64,000 bases of DNA from Sulfolobales archaeon (GCA_026419835.1 JAOAKQ010000003.1:123237-187236), one strand, 5' to 3'; shown: positions 39,780 to 50,644, counted from the stretch's first letter. Made by a program: numbers and translations. The notes: generated by a model from the letters alone, not told the origin.

Positions 39780-41183
39780 GTGTCACAGCTGCCGAAATTC
39801 TTTGGAACGGCTGGAGCGCGCGGTGTGTTTCCAAGTAAGATAAACCCAGAGCTATTGGTAAGGGTTGGAAAAGCCGTTACCCACTTCTTCGGTAGAAGTG
39901 TTTTCTCAGTTGGTCACGATGCTAGAACTACTTCTAGAGCTCTAAGCCTAGCTCTTATGTCGGGTATTCTATCCTCGGGATCTTCGGTAGTAGATATTGG
40001 CTTAGTACCGATAGGAATGCTCCCGTGGTCCGTAAGGAAGTACAGACTGAGTGGCGGTATCTACATAACCGCATCTCACAACCCACCTCAGTACAGCGGG
40101 TTCAAGATCTTCAAGAAAGACGGCAGCGAGATTACGTCATCGGAAGAGGAAGTTTTCGAGGAAGCTATGGAGAAGTCTACCTACGCCGACTGGAGTAGTG
40201 TAGGCAGCTATACGGCTCTTAATCCTATCGACGAGTATGTGAGTGATTTAAAGTCTTCTCTAGGTAGTCCAACACCTAGGTATAGACCGAAGATCGTTCT
40301 GGATACATCCAACGGACCCACGGTCCTAGCCGCTCCTAGAGTTTTAGTAGATATGGGAGCGTCCGTACTGGTTACTAATGGAAATATAGATGGAAGATTT
40401 CCGGGAAGATATCCTGAGCCTAGACCGGATGTACTGGAGCCCTTCCGCCCGGTTCTAGCGGCTACTGGCTACGACGCTCTCTTTGCTTTTGATGGAGATG
40501 GTGATAGACTGGCTGTACTAACACCGAAGTATGGTTTTGTAAAGCAGGATAGGTTAATAGCTCTCCTAGCTAGCCGAGTTTTAATGGATAGGAAGGGGGT
40601 CGTAGTTATCTCAGTAGATTGTGGTAGCGCCGTTAGAAAAATAGTTGAAAGCCTAGGAGGTGGGATAGTGTTCTACAAGCTAGGAAAGATTCACGAAGCG
40701 TTTCAAACACATAGTAATGTAGTGATGGCCGCTGAACCGTGGAAGTTCATAGACCCTAGGTGGGGTCTGTGGATTGACGGGATATACCAAGCGGCATACA
40801 TAGCTAAGCTCATGATGGAAGAAGGAAGAAGCTTAGACTCGATTCTCCAGGAGGTACCGGACTTTCCGCAAGCTAGGTACTCCGTAGCTGTCCCCGAGGA
40901 GATGAAGATCGATGTCTTTAGGGAGCTAGCTGAAACTATGAGAAGCGCGTACTCAGAGAAGGCTGTGATTACCGATATCGACGGTCTCAGAATGGACTTC
41001 GAAGACTCTTCGTGGGTTCTAGTTAGACCTTCCGGAACGGAGCCGAAGATAAGACTGTACGCAGAGGCGGTGAGTGTGGAGAGACTTAGGTACTTGGTGG
41101 ATACAACTCTAAGCCTACTACTAAAGCTACTTAAAGCTCGTGGTGCTGAACCTCCGGCTATTGAAAGGTCCTTCCTAGCTTAG
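39780..41183 (+). CDS. phosphohexomutase family (PGM/PMM or phosphopentomutase)
   Basis: FGTAG, TASHNPP, FDGDGDR, RPSGTEP. Confidence 0.9.
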   Translation: MSQLPKFFGTAGARGVFPSKINPELLVRVGKAVTHFFGRSVFSVGHDARTTSRALSLALMSGILSSGSSVVDIGLVPIGMLPWSVRKYRLSGGIYITASHNPPQYSGFKIFKKDGSEITSSEEEVFEEAMEKSTYADWSSVGSYTALNPIDEYVSDLKSSLGSPTPRYRPKIVLDTSNGPTVLAAPRVLVDMGASVLVTNGNIDGRFPGRYPEPRPDVLEPFRPVLAATGYDALFAFDGDGDRLAVLTPKYGFVKQDRLIALLASRVLMDRKGVVVISVDCGSAVRKIVESLGGGIVFYKLGKIHEAFQTHSNVVMAAEPWKFIDPRWGLWIDGIYQAAYIAKLMMEEGRSLDSILQEVPDFPQARYSVAVPEEMKIDVFRELAETMRSAYSEKAVITDIDGLRMDFEDSSWVLVRPSGTEPKIRLYAEAVSVERLRYLVDTTLSLLLKLLKARGAEPPAIERSFLA

Positions 41184-41968
41184 ACCATACGATCCGGGAT
41201 TCTGTCAGGAAGAACTACGTACTTAGGCTTCAGACCCGTTCTCTTCATGAGTTCTTTAACGTGCTTGTACAATATTATGTACTCTTCATCTATTAGCTCC
41301 GGAAGCTCTGGGTGAATAGATCTTAGTACAAATGCGAACTTCTTCAATCCCTCCTCACCACTCATACTGAGCACTACCGCGGGATACACTTCCCGTACTG
41401 GTTCGAAACCTACTTCAACTAAGTTCCTAAGTGCGTCTATCTGAACGAACCAAAACCTAGGGTCAGCACCGGTAAGCTCGTAAAACTCCTCCGGGTTCGT
41501 TCCTTTAACGGATACGCGTATCTCCATACCTCTCTTTCTAAACGCTCCCATAGCTTCAGAGTACTCTCTGTAGTATCCGAGAACTATACCGTTAGTTTCT
41601 AAAACAAAAGCTATATCGCTAGTTAAGATCTCGTTCGCTACTTCTAGAAGGTGCTTGAAGCCTATAGTTGGTTCACCACCACTTAACCTAGCTCTTCGAT
41701 ATCCGGACTTTCTAGAAAGTTCAACTATTTTTAGCGCAACATCTTCAGCGGTATAGAAGTAACCTCTATCCGTATTTCCCCAGGTGAAGTACCACGCCCA
41801 ACAGAACTTGCACCTCAAGTTGCAGCCTACAACATCTCCAGTAACAATTCCACCGTACCATCTATCTACTCTAAATCGAAAGTACTTTCTGTAGCTAACA
41901 CGGTTCCTTTCCACGTAGACCCTCGGTTCCGTAGACCTAGCTAGATCTAGGGGGTCGTAGCCGGGCAT
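41180..41968 (-). CDS. radical SAM protein
   Basis: CNLRCKFC, SGGEPT, ETNG. Confidence 0.88.
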   Translation of the reverse strand: MPGYDPLDLARSTEPRVYVERNRVSYRKYFRFRVDRWYGGIVTGDVVGCNLRCKFCWAWYFTWGNTDRGYFYTAEDVALKIVELSRKSGYRRARLSGGEPTIGFKHLLEVANEILTSDIAFVLETNGIVLGYYREYSEAMGAFRKRGMEIRVSVKGTNPEEFYELTGADPRFWFVQIDALRNLVEVGFEPVREVYPAVVLSMSGEEGLKKFAFVLRSIHPELPELIDEEYIILYKHVKELMKRTGLKPKYVVLPDRIPDRMV

Positions 41969-42065
41969 TCTTCGTGTAGAAAGCTACTTCAACTATTTTA
42001 AATCTGCGAACAGGCTACGGCTCACTAGGAGAGCATATATTACCAGTGAAGCTCAGATAAACAAG

Positions 42066-42731
42066 GTGGTAATGCCTAAGATAGCCGTAAACCTGAGCTC
42101 GGAGCAGGTTGAAGCTTTAAGTAAGATGTTCCCAGACCTTCCAGTAGAAGACGCTCTCTTGAAGATAGTTAGTAGCGCTCTCTCCTCGGGAAAACCTTTA
42201 AAGACTGAAGACAGGAGTATGAAGACGTTAATTGATACTATAAACGCGTACACGGGTAAGATAGACGAAGTTAGTAGAAAAATATCGCATGTAATTGAAC
42301 TCATAGAGGACCTAGTGGCACGAGTTCAAAGTCTTGAGGAGCAGGTTAGAAGCATACCCCAGGTAGTCCAGCAGGTTAAGCTGGAAGAAAAGCGTGAAGT
42401 GAGAAAATCAGCTATAGACATACTGAAAGAGCAGAAGATTATGTTCGAATCGGATATTGCTGGAAAAATTAAGAACCGCGATGCTTTCTTCGAGAAGCTT
42501 AAGAGAAGTGGCGCGGTCGTTATAGAGTTAGCAAAAGAGAGAGTTGCCGTTGACCGGGAGTTCTTCAGCGTCTTCGTCGAGAATGTCGGTAAGCTCGCAG
42601 CTAGCTCCGAAGAAGCTTTAAGTAAGGAACTTAGTAGGGATGAAGTAAAGCTACTGAAAGCTCTGATGAACTCCGGACTAGCCTACTTCGATAGTACGAG
42701 AAAGAAGTGGGTTATTGATGTAGATGTCTAG
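42066..42731 (+). CDS. conserved crenarchaeal coiled-coil protein (possible DNA-binding)
   Basis: central coiled coil; SAIDILKEQKIMFES...NRDAFF. Confidence 0.6.
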   Translation: MVMPKIAVNLSSEQVEALSKMFPDLPVEDALLKIVSSALSSGKPLKTEDRSMKTLIDTINAYTGKIDEVSRKISHVIELIEDLVARVQSLEEQVRSIPQVVQQVKLEEKREVRKSAIDILKEQKIMFESDIAGKIKNRDAFFEKLKRSGAVVIELAKERVAVDREFFSVFVENVGKLAASSEEALSKELSRDEVKLLKALMNSGLAYFDSTRKKWVIDVDV

Positions 42732-43422
42732 CCCGCGCGAAGTTATCTACGAAACTCTGGAAGTCTACGATGAAATATCTCGAGGCTACTCCTCGTGGAG
42801 GAGTAGAGCTTGGGAAGTAGTGAAGGTGTTAAGAGGAGGGGTAGTCCTAGATCTCGGGTCGGGTCACTGCGTTAACGGAGTGCACCTAGCCCTAGAGAAA
42901 AGAGCCGACCACCTTATCTGTATGGATATAGCTCCATCGATGCTTCTAGAAGCTAGAGATTTAGCCAGGAGAAAGAAGTTTTCGAAAGCCGACTTCGTAG
43001 CGGCTGATGCTACTGCGATACCTTTAAGAGGTCTAGCTGTAGACAGCGTGATTTCTATAGCCCTAGCTCACCACCTACCGACCACAGAACTTAGAAAAGC
43101 CTTCATAGAGATAGCGAGAATCCTCAAACCGGAAGGTCTAGCTCTAGTGACTTCCTGGTCGAGAAGACAGCTTAGATTCGTAGCTCAGACGTTCATTCTG
43201 TACGTTAAGAAGCTCCTTGGCTTCCCGGGACCTTCAGTTTATAGAGTTAAGTGGAGAACTCGACGTAGGGTATATACGAGAAAGTACTTTCTACACGAAG
43301 TTAGCGATCTCGAGAGAGCGGCTAGAGAAGCTGGTTTGGAAATCGTCTTCAGTGGCTACGTAAAGCAGTTCAAGAACCTGAACTCACTTATTATCGCAAT
43401 GAAAACGAGTGAGCTGCGCTAG
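42724..43422 (+). CDS. class I SAM methyltransferase (Trm9/ALKBH8-like)
   Basis: VYDEIS, LDLGSG, ISIALAHHL, RILKPEG. Confidence 0.8.
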   Translation: MSSPREVIYETLEVYDEISRGYSSWRSRAWEVVKVLRGGVVLDLGSGHCVNGVHLALEKRADHLICMDIAPSMLLEARDLARRKKFSKADFVAADATAIPLRGLAVDSVISIALAHHLPTTELRKAFIEIARILKPEGLALVTSWSRRQLRFVAQTFILYVKKLLGFPGPSVYRVKWRTRRRVYTRKYFLHEVSDLERAAREAGLEIVFSGYVKQFKNLNSLIIAMKTSELR

Positions 43423-43436
43423 TAGTTTAACACTCT

Positions 43437-44801
43437 CTAAGGTCTCTTTATAAACTTGTACCGCTCGTAGAGCATTGTAACTCTATCCCTATCGATGATG
43501 AACTCAGCTTCTACTCTACTTCCGTAGCTAATGGTGTAGAACTTTGCGTATTCATCACCTATTTCTACTGGCATTAGAGGTATCTGAAAGTCTCTGTACT
43601 TATCCTTGTACTCCATAATTAGAATATCGCCCGCTCTCTTAATGCTGACCTTGTACGTTCCTCTATAAGTTTCGTAACTTCCTACGAGCTTCTCGATGAC
43701 TCTATCTTGCTTAATGAAGTGAAGGCGGCTCTCGGGATCGTAACCGAGTGCTAGAGCTAGAGCGTACATACCTATGAAAGATAGCGGGTATCCAGAGGCA
43801 TTTGCGAGAACGATAACTCCTAGTTTATCACTCGGTAAATAGCCCATGAAAGCTGTGTAGACAAGTACAGAACCGCTGTGGCGGATGAGTCTTCTACCTA
43901 GAAAGTTATCCGTTACTACGAGTCCGTATCCGTAGGAGTCGTCTTCGAATAGACCTGCCGGTATTTTTACGTATTTTCTCTCCGCTAACTCTACGCTCTT
44001 ACCGCTCACTACTTCAATACCTCCAGCAGAACCTCTATTTACAAGCATCGCAATGTACTTAGACATATCTTCACAATTACTGAGAATCCCCCCGTCGGCC
44101 GTGATTCCGTACGGAAATCTGCTCTTCAAGTGCCGTCCTTCTCTATCTACTATATAGGGTACGGCGACGTCCGGGTCCCTAGAGACTTCACTCTCCTCAA
44201 AATACGTTCTACTCATTCCTAGTGGTTTAAGTATCTTCTCTCTTACGTAGTCCTCGTATCTCATACCGCTAACTCTGGAGATCACGTAGCCTAGAAGTAC
44301 GTAGCCTTCGTTTAGGTAGAAGTACCTTACCCCAGGTTCTGAGTGTACCCACGGACCGTAGTCCGACATGAAGGCTATCACGTCCTCGGCCGTTGAGAGA
44401 GGTAGCCACGTGTGGTCTAGACCCAGAGAGCTTCTAATAAATGCTTCAGCATATGCTAGAGCCGGTATACCGCTGGTATGTGTTAGTAGGTGGTGTATTC
44501 TAATGGGCTTACCCGCAGCTTCTAGTTTTAAATGAACGTACTTCGAGACCTCGTCTTCGATAGAAAGTCTTTCTTCTTCAAGTAGCTTCAGTATTGCTAG
44601 TGCTGTAAACGACTTAGTTACAGAACCTATCCCGTACACAGTCTTGGAGGTAGGCGGCAAGCCCCTATCTACATCTTTAAATCCGTAGCTCCTAGAATAC
44701 ATCATCTCTTCGTTCTTTACTACAGCAAGAGATATTCCGGGAATTCTCGTTTGAGACATTTTTTCTATTACAAAAGAATCGAGTTTCGCGAACTCCATCA
44801 T
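43437..44801 (-). CDS. serine hydrolase, beta-lactamase family (Pab87/CubicO-like)
   Basis: SVTK, LLTHTSG, YLN, HSG. Confidence 0.9.
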   Translation of the reverse strand: MMEFAKLDSFVIEKMSQTRIPGISLAVVKNEEMMYSRSYGFKDVDRGLPPTSKTVYGIGSVTKSFTALAILKLLEEERLSIEDEVSKYVHLKLEAAGKPIRIHHLLTHTSGIPALAYAEAFIRSSLGLDHTWLPLSTAEDVIAFMSDYGPWVHSEPGVRYFYLNEGYVLLGYVISRVSGMRYEDYVREKILKPLGMSRTYFEESEVSRDPDVAVPYIVDREGRHLKSRFPYGITADGGILSNCEDMSKYIAMLVNRGSAGGIEVVSGKSVELAERKYVKIPAGLFEDDSYGYGLVVTDNFLGRRLIRHSGSVLVYTAFMGYLPSDKLGVIVLANASGYPLSFIGMYALALALGYDPESRLHFIKQDRVIEKLVGSYETYRGTYKVSIKRAGDILIMEYKDKYRDFQIPLMPVEIGDEYAKFYTISYGSRVEAEFIIDRDRVTMLYERYKFIKRP

Positions 44802-44868
44802 CTCCCCGCGTAGTTGGAAACGGCGTAGCTATATATGTATTTTTCTACTACTGCAGACGGTACTTGAA

Positions 44869-45891
44869 ATGCCGGTAATCAGAGCGCTGGCTCTACACAT
44901 TAGGTCCAGAGACTTCAATCTTCTAGAAGCACTAGGACTCCTAAAAGAGCTGAGGAAAACTCTGGAAACCGAGGGGGTACCCGTCTGGACTCTCAGGATA
45001 TCTCTAGGCGAAGATTTCGATTGGCGCGGCGTTAGAGAACTCTGCGGTAGTGAGGCACTGTTGGCGGCATACCATAAGCAAGTGAAGGACGTAAGCACAC
45101 GCGAACTCACCAGCTACCTCAAGAAGTGTGGAAATGGGTATGCTACGATACTAGCATTAGAGGAGGACTTAGAGAAACTTTCAGAACTCTACATGGAGCT
45201 AACTAAAGACCTAAGTGAAGACTACTTTACCCGGATAGGTGTAAGCTACGGAAAGTACGTAGAAACACCGTACTTTCCGATCTCAACAGCACTAGGCGAC
45301 TCCATATCTGCAGCGTACCGCTATGCCGACCTACTAGCTACCTCAGAACCATCTCAGTGGCGTTCACTCATACTGGAATTCATTGGTAGAGTAAATAGCG
45401 TACTTAGAGACAAGGCGGGGGAGGTAGGTCTTAAAGTACGCCACGACCTATCCTTATCGCCGTGGATGAATGAGAGTGTTGTAGATGTAATTGAAAAAAT
45501 GGGGGTTAGCTTTCCTAGAGTTGGAACTCTTACCGCAATACGCAGAATAAACAACGTACTCGCTGAAGTAGCTCAAGAAGTTGATAGTACGGGATTTAAC
45601 GAGATCATGCTGCCCGTAGCTGAAGATAATAAACTCAAAGAGCATGTAAAAAGAGATGCGTTGAAAATCGAAGATCTCATAGCATTCAGTACCGTCTGCG
45701 TAGCGGGTTTAGATATGGTTGCTGTACCACGCGACTTCAACTACTTAAAGAACCTCCTCACTGACACGTACACAGCATATCTCGTTAAGAAGAAACCTTA
45801 CGGAGTAAGAGTAATTCCTACAGAAAAACCCGTGGTCTCGCTATCAAGATTCGGGGAGTTACCGAGGTTCAGTAAAACTGGCTTTACGTAG
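44869..45891 (+). CDS. DUF711 family protein
   Basis: TPYFP, DLSLSPW, GFNEIMLPVAED, VCVAGLDMV. Confidence 0.82.
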   Translation: MPVIRALALHIRSRDFNLLEALGLLKELRKTLETEGVPVWTLRISLGEDFDWRGVRELCGSEALLAAYHKQVKDVSTRELTSYLKKCGNGYATILALEEDLEKLSELYMELTKDLSEDYFTRIGVSYGKYVETPYFPISTALGDSISAAYRYADLLATSEPSQWRSLILEFIGRVNSVLRDKAGEVGLKVRHDLSLSPWMNESVVDVIEKMGVSFPRVGTLTAIRRINNVLAEVAQEVDSTGFNEIMLPVAEDNKLKEHVKRDALKIEDLIAFSTVCVAGLDMVAVPRDFNYLKNLLTDTYTAYLVKKKPYGVRVIPTEKPVVSLSRFGELPRFSKTGFT

Positions 45892-45966
45892 CTATACGTA
45901 AACATTGAAACGCAGCGATAGCCAAACTCATTTAATAGAAGAAATTTAAAGAAAGGGAATTCGCAG

Positions 45967-46041
45967 GGCTCCGGCCGGGACTTGAACCCGGGACCTCGGG
46001 GTCCACAGCCCCGCGCTCTACCCCGCTGAGCTACCGGAGCC
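45967..46041 (-). tRNA. tRNA-His(GTG), G-1 genome-encoded
   Basis: cloverleaf on the minus strand, CGGGG-CT GTG GA-CCCCG, C discriminator. Confidence 0.96.
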
Positions 46042-46085
46042 ACCGAGTTAGGGTTTTGGTTTCAGAGTATTAAATCTTTGCTTAA

Positions 46086-47141
46086 CTAAAGTCTTACTAG
46101 CTCGGGCGATCTCCAAATACTTATATCAAATATGCTCTCCGCTATTGACTCAAGAGATTTTCCGGCAACCGCGAATCTCTCTAGTACGTCTTTTATACTT
46201 AGGTACATTTCATCTAGACCTAGAGTTCTATACATCAAGTCTGCGTACTTTTTGAAGTGTCCTCGGTATTCCGCCACTAGGTCTAGGAGTTCATTTGCTA
46301 GTAGTACATCTTCGCGAGTCAGCGTCTTATTAATCCTATCTATTATAAGGACTGCCATATCTATACACTCGCTTAGCACACTTATCTCCTTCCTCATTTT
46401 CTCCAGTAGAAACGGTCCCCGTTCTTGAAGTATTGCGGCGATTTCAGATAGAGCGTCAGCTACTTCTTCTAGAGACTTGGCTATGTTTCTATATTCCGTT
46501 GCCAGAGAGTCTCTAACACCGAGCTGTCTAGCGGTCCCTCTGCGTCTAATTAGGTCTATTAGCTGTCTAACAATCAGAGCGTTTAGCTTATCCACCTCCA
46601 CCTCCATTTCCTGCACTTCAGTGAGTAGGTGAGCTGCTCCAGACACTACGTAGGTCTCGATGTACTCAAACATGGACTTTATGAGCTCTAGCATTCTATT
46701 AATTACAGTTACAGTCGAGTACTTACTGGAGTCTATGAGGATCTGAAGTACGATTCTATTTGGCGACTGCTCTATGATTTCAACACCTATCAGAGTTTTA
46801 GCTATGTTCTTCAGAGACCTGAAGATGTTCTCAGGCATAACGCTTTCTTCGCTTAAAATCTCGATCCTATCAGCTCCGAGAAGGTACTGCGCATAGATTA
46901 CTCTACTTAATAGAGATTCAGAAGCATTCTTTCCAACTGTAATAGATGCGGTAAGCTCTCTAACCTGCCTCTCCGTAGATAGGGGGGATATTCTTATCGA
47001 GCTATCGTCGAGTACTTCTATCGATACGGAGTCTCCCGGATGTAGATCAACAGCTCTAACCCACTCAGCTGGAAGCGAGACCATTAAAGTAGACTTACCG
47101 AATTTCTGCACTCTCCTAATTTCTCTCACTATCTTTCCCAC
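46086..47141 (-). CDS. AbrB-PhoU family regulator
   Basis: RRVQKFGKSTLMVSLPAEW plus PhoU-like helical repeats. Confidence 0.88.
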   Translation of the reverse strand: MGKIVREIRRVQKFGKSTLMVSLPAEWVRAVDLHPGDSVSIEVLDDSSIRISPLSTERQVRELTASITVGKNASESLLSRVIYAQYLLGADRIEILSEESVMPENIFRSLKNIAKTLIGVEIIEQSPNRIVLQILIDSSKYSTVTVINRMLELIKSMFEYIETYVVSGAAHLLTEVQEMEVEVDKLNALIVRQLIDLIRRRGTARQLGVRDSLATEYRNIAKSLEEVADALSEIAAILQERGPFLLEKMRKEISVLSECIDMAVLIIDRINKTLTREDVLLANELLDLVAEYRGHFKKYADLMYRTLGLDEMYLSIKDVLERFAVAGKSLESIAESIFDISIWRSPELVRL

Positions 47142-47396
47142 AGTATCTTATACTAATACTAATAAAATATATACATGTATTAGTAGGAAAGCACTTCACA
47201 AAAACATATATAAGCGAGCGCTTGCTGGAGTTTAAACTAGTTAACGTAGCGCCGCGCTGAATTCTCTGTAACTACCTGATGTGAACTCCAAGCTCGAGTA
47301 CTCTCTATAATAGCTCCACAAGCTACTCTCCTCGGGGAGAGCGACATAGCCAGTGAAATTAGTGAGCTAGCTGAGTGGTTAGACCCCCTTACGAAA

Positions 47397-48401
47397 ATGT
47401 TCACTACGCTGAAGAAGCAAGGATACCACCTAATAGGTAGTCACGCAGCTGTAAAGAAGTGTCTCTGGGTTCACAACGCTCTAGCGTACGGTAAGTTCTG
47501 CTATAAGTGCCGGTTCTACGGAATAGAGTCCCACCGGTGCATTCAGTTCAGCCCAGCGGTTTCGTGGTGCTGGAATTTCTGCCTTCACTGCTGGAGAGCT
47601 AGACCCTCGGACTACGGTATGGAAGGTCAAGAACTCCTAAAGCTACCGTACGTTGAAGACCCGGAGGTGCTAGCCGATATGGCTATCCTAGAGCATAGGA
47701 GAACCGTAAGTGGGTACGCTAGGAGAGCTCCAAAGGAAATGTATAGAGAGGCTCTAGACCCTAAGCACGTCGCTATCTCACTTACTGGTGAAGCTACTCT
47801 ATACCCAAGACTGGGGGAGCTGATCGAGGTCTTCCACAGAAGAGGACTAACTACGTTCCTAGTTACGAGGGGGATTAGACCGGATATCCTAGCGAACCTA
47901 GAGGAAGAACCTACGCAGCTGTACGTATCAATAGAGACCTGGAACGAAGACATGTACCGGGAATTCAATAAGCCCGCCGGCGCGAATCTCTGGAAGCTTA
48001 CGCTGAAGACCCTAGAGCTACTTCAATCACTGAGAACTAGAACTGTGGTCAGGATTACCCTAGTTAAGGACTTCAATATGGGTAGCAGAGATGTTAGTGG
48101 ATTCGCGAAACTTATCGAGAGATCCGGTCCGACATTCATAGAGACTAAGGCGTACATGCACGTAGGTGCTTCAATTAGTAGACTAACTAGGAGCAGTATG
48201 CCTACTTACGAAGAAGTACTGGAATTCGCAAAGAAACTTGCTGACGCAACCGGATATAGACTCGTCTCTAGTTCGAAGCCCTCTAGAGTAGCTCTACTAA
48301 CTAAACTAGAAAAACCGCTAGTTAGATACGGTAAGGGCTGTCCAAAGAGTTGGGAGGAGGTGGATATCGAAGGAGAGAAGTACGTAGAAGAGTACAGATA
48401 G
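47397..48401 (+). CDS. taw1: 4-demethylwyosine synthase TYW1/Taw1 (may start at ATA 47346)
   Basis: HAAVKKCLW, CYKCRFYGIESHRC, CWNFCLHCWR, AISLTGE, KAYMHVG. Confidence 0.93.
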   Translation: MFTTLKKQGYHLIGSHAAVKKCLWVHNALAYGKFCYKCRFYGIESHRCIQFSPAVSWCWNFCLHCWRARPSDYGMEGQELLKLPYVEDPEVLADMAILEHRRTVSGYARRAPKEMYREALDPKHVAISLTGEATLYPRLGELIEVFHRRGLTTFLVTRGIRPDILANLEEEPTQLYVSIETWNEDMYREFNKPAGANLWKLTLKTLELLQSLRTRTVVRITLVKDFNMGSRDVSGFAKLIERSGPTFIETKAYMHVGASISRLTRSSMPTYEEVLEFAKKLADATGYRLVSSSKPSRVALLTKLEKPLVRYGKGCPKSWEEVDIEGEKYVEEYR

Positions 48402-48467
48402 TTAGAACCGGTAGTACGTTGCGACTGTAGAATTCTCATACCAGTGAGGCATCGAGTACTTGGGGAG

Positions 48468-48986
48468 CTACTTCTCACTCTCTACTAACTTCAGAAAGTC
48501 TTCTCGAATACTACTTAGCAGTTTGTGGAGTTCTCCGCAGGAAACCGAGAGTTCTGAGAGGTCTCCAGGATGCGACTTCACTGATTGAGATAGCAGTGTT
48601 AATTTTGTGCGCTCAGTTCTTCTACGTCTCCATAGAGCGTACACATTATTTGCGAGCTTTACTATAGAGACATTAGTAGTGTTTGAAGACAGCTTAATAG
48701 ACTCCATCTTGCGAAGAGCTTCACCTAGTTTAGCGTCTAGTGAAATCCTAATCCAAATTCTGCAGTCATCTACGCTACCGGCTACGTTCTCAGTAAACAA
48801 TCTACACTTCTTCTCAACTTCCTGCGGATCGAGAACGTTAATTCTAAGAAAGCCCATGATCACACTCGTCTCCGGGATGTACGAAGTAACGCGACCGCCT
48901 AGTTCATGAATAAATTTCGAAATTCTCGCCGGGTTTCCTCGGCACCTACCGGAAAACTCAGCTACCGCAATCATGTTCCTACACAA
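48468..48986 (-). CDS. hypothetical protein
   Basis: 172-aa ORF; no motif recognised. Confidence 0.5.
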   Translation of the reverse strand: MCRNMIAVAEFSGRCRGNPARISKFIHELGGRVTSYIPETSVIMGFLRINVLDPQEVEKKCRLFTENVAGSVDDCRIWIRISLDAKLGEALRKMESIKLSSNTTNVSIVKLANNVYALWRRRRTERTKLTLLSQSVKSHPGDLSELSVSCGELHKLLSSIREDFLKLVESEK

Positions 48987-49258
48987 CTCACTCCACGCTC
49001 GAGCTGATAAGAATTTTTGGGGCTCCTAGACTAACTTACCCACTTAAACGTAAACTAACAAAAATGAAAATGGCAAGCATGATTACATTTAATAGTATAT
49101 GTAAGGGGATTGGAGGTCACCCAACAAATCAGCTTGTATGGTTGATGTGTATGGAATGGTGCAGGCGATTCTAAGACGCTCACTACAAGTAAAATCCAAA
49201 ACACCTTCCAATTATAACGTTTACACTTTCTATTTTATGAGGTTGTGTTTAAATCTTT

Positions 49259-49832
49259 TTACAAATTTAAGGCGTGTACGCGAATTACTTCCTTTTGCCT
49301 CCTAGCGGAACTCGTCTTGATTTTTTCTTTTAATAGCTTTCTGTAAATCGTAAAGCCTAATAGTCCGACGTAGCGTATTATTCCGAATGCTCCTATCCAA
49401 ACGCATAGGCTGTAAATTTCCAAGGTAATGGCTGGATTGTAGATGGGATTTGCTGCTATTGGATAGAGTGGTTTTATGCCAGAGTAAAGTGGAGCACCTA
49501 GTATTACATGAAGCCCGGTCCCAGCATGCCCGCAGCAACAAAAGATTTCAGTTTCAAACTTTTAGCTGTTTCGAGCAGGAAATTTTGTAGAGCGGATGCA
49601 GAAACCTTTCAAGGAGGAACATGACATAACCGAAGGCTAAGCCTATCGGTACTGCTGATAAGAAAGTGTGTAAGTATCCGTGCGAGGGGTACCTTAACTC
49701 GCGAAAGATCACCAAAAATGGTTCTATATCAACGATAATATTTGCCAAAATAAATGTTGGAGCGTGGAGATATTTCCTCAATGGCAAACCTAAACCCAAG
49801 CCTGGACCGAGATGAAAAAGAGTGAAAGGCAC
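49259..49832 (-). pseudogene. frameshifted membrane metal-dependent hydrolase-like gene
   Basis: PFTLFHLGP...DIEP...HGYLHT in one frame continues as GLHVILGAPLYSGIKPLYP...NP in another; AT-richer DNA. Confidence 0.7.
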
Positions 49833-49878
49833 GACGCAACCCGGTAGCAACATATAAAGCATGATTTAATAACGTTTC

Positions 49879-49922
49879 GCAGACTTGTCGTAACTCATCA
49901 TCTGCTCTATCAGTCATCGTTA
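49879..49922 (-). ncRNA. degenerate C/D box-like sRNA
   Basis: minus strand ACGATGA-CTGATAGAG-CAGA-TGATGA-GTTACGACAAGT-CTGC; TATATTAA upstream; GTTACGAC complements 16S GUCGUAAC. Confidence 0.45.
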
Positions 49923-49928
49923 GCGGAA

Positions 49929-50228
49929 ATGGGGGTTTCTAGTAAAGCATTAATATACGCTCACATAGTTCTCTGGGATTTAGGTATGTACACTGAAAAC
50001 AGGTTTCTAGGTAGAGTAGAGAAGGTCGCTGGAAACGTAGAGTCTCTTCTAGTAGAACTAGAGGTCTTGAGGGATGAGCTGAAGCAAGTACTAGCTGAAG
50101 CTAGGTCCTCTAGAGATAAAGAGAAAGCGAGAACCCTGGAGAACCTACTGGCAGAGTTAGAGAGAGCTTACGAAGTTTTAAAGTCTCTCTACAGACGATT
50201 GAGCTTACTGCAATTAGAGCGCTCTTAG
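49929..50228 (+). CDS. coiled-coil hypothetical protein
   Basis: helical heptad pattern; real start probably the internal ATG (MYTENR). Confidence 0.55.
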   Translation: MGVSSKALIYAHIVLWDLGMYTENRFLGRVEKVAGNVESLLVELEVLRDELKQVLAEARSSRDKEKARTLENLLAELERAYEVLKSLYRRLSLLQLERS

Positions 50229-50345
50229 CGAGCGGCGCTCAAGTACTTCGTACAGCGTGTGCGTAGACAGATATTTACTAAATAGTTCGCCGCTGAGCAC
50301 TTTCTAAAGCATATAAGAATGGTTCTTCAATAACACCGTGAGGGC

Positions 50346-50633
50346 TTGGCGGTGGCGATCTTAGATTGCGCACTATCTAAAGCTTTAATCGGTGTTCTGG
50401 TGGGGGCCGCGCTGTCTGCTTTATCGATCGTAGCTATACACTACTCATCAGATATTCTTCAGTACGTGACCATCGGTATCTACGTAACTTCTTCACTATC
50501 AGTACACCTACCAGCTTCCAGGATCTCTAGGTCTAGGTGCTCTATAAGAAGTGGGCTATTCCTATATCTCTCAGTCACGTTTATTTCGTGGATTGCCGTT
50601 TTCAACATAGTGTACGCCGTAGTTAAACCGTAG
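50346..50633 (+). CDS. small membrane protein
   Basis: three hydrophobic segments. Confidence 0.5.
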   Translation: MAVAILDCALSKALIGVLVGAALSALSIVAIHYSSDILQYVTIGIYVTSSLSVHLPASRISRSRCSIRSGLFLYLSVTFISWIAVFNIVYAVVKP

Positions 50634-50644
50634 CGTGAGTCTAC

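Noticed and set aside
45798-46043. 81-aa ORF (and ORFs at 51064-51383)
   Set aside because: These are translations of tRNA genes.
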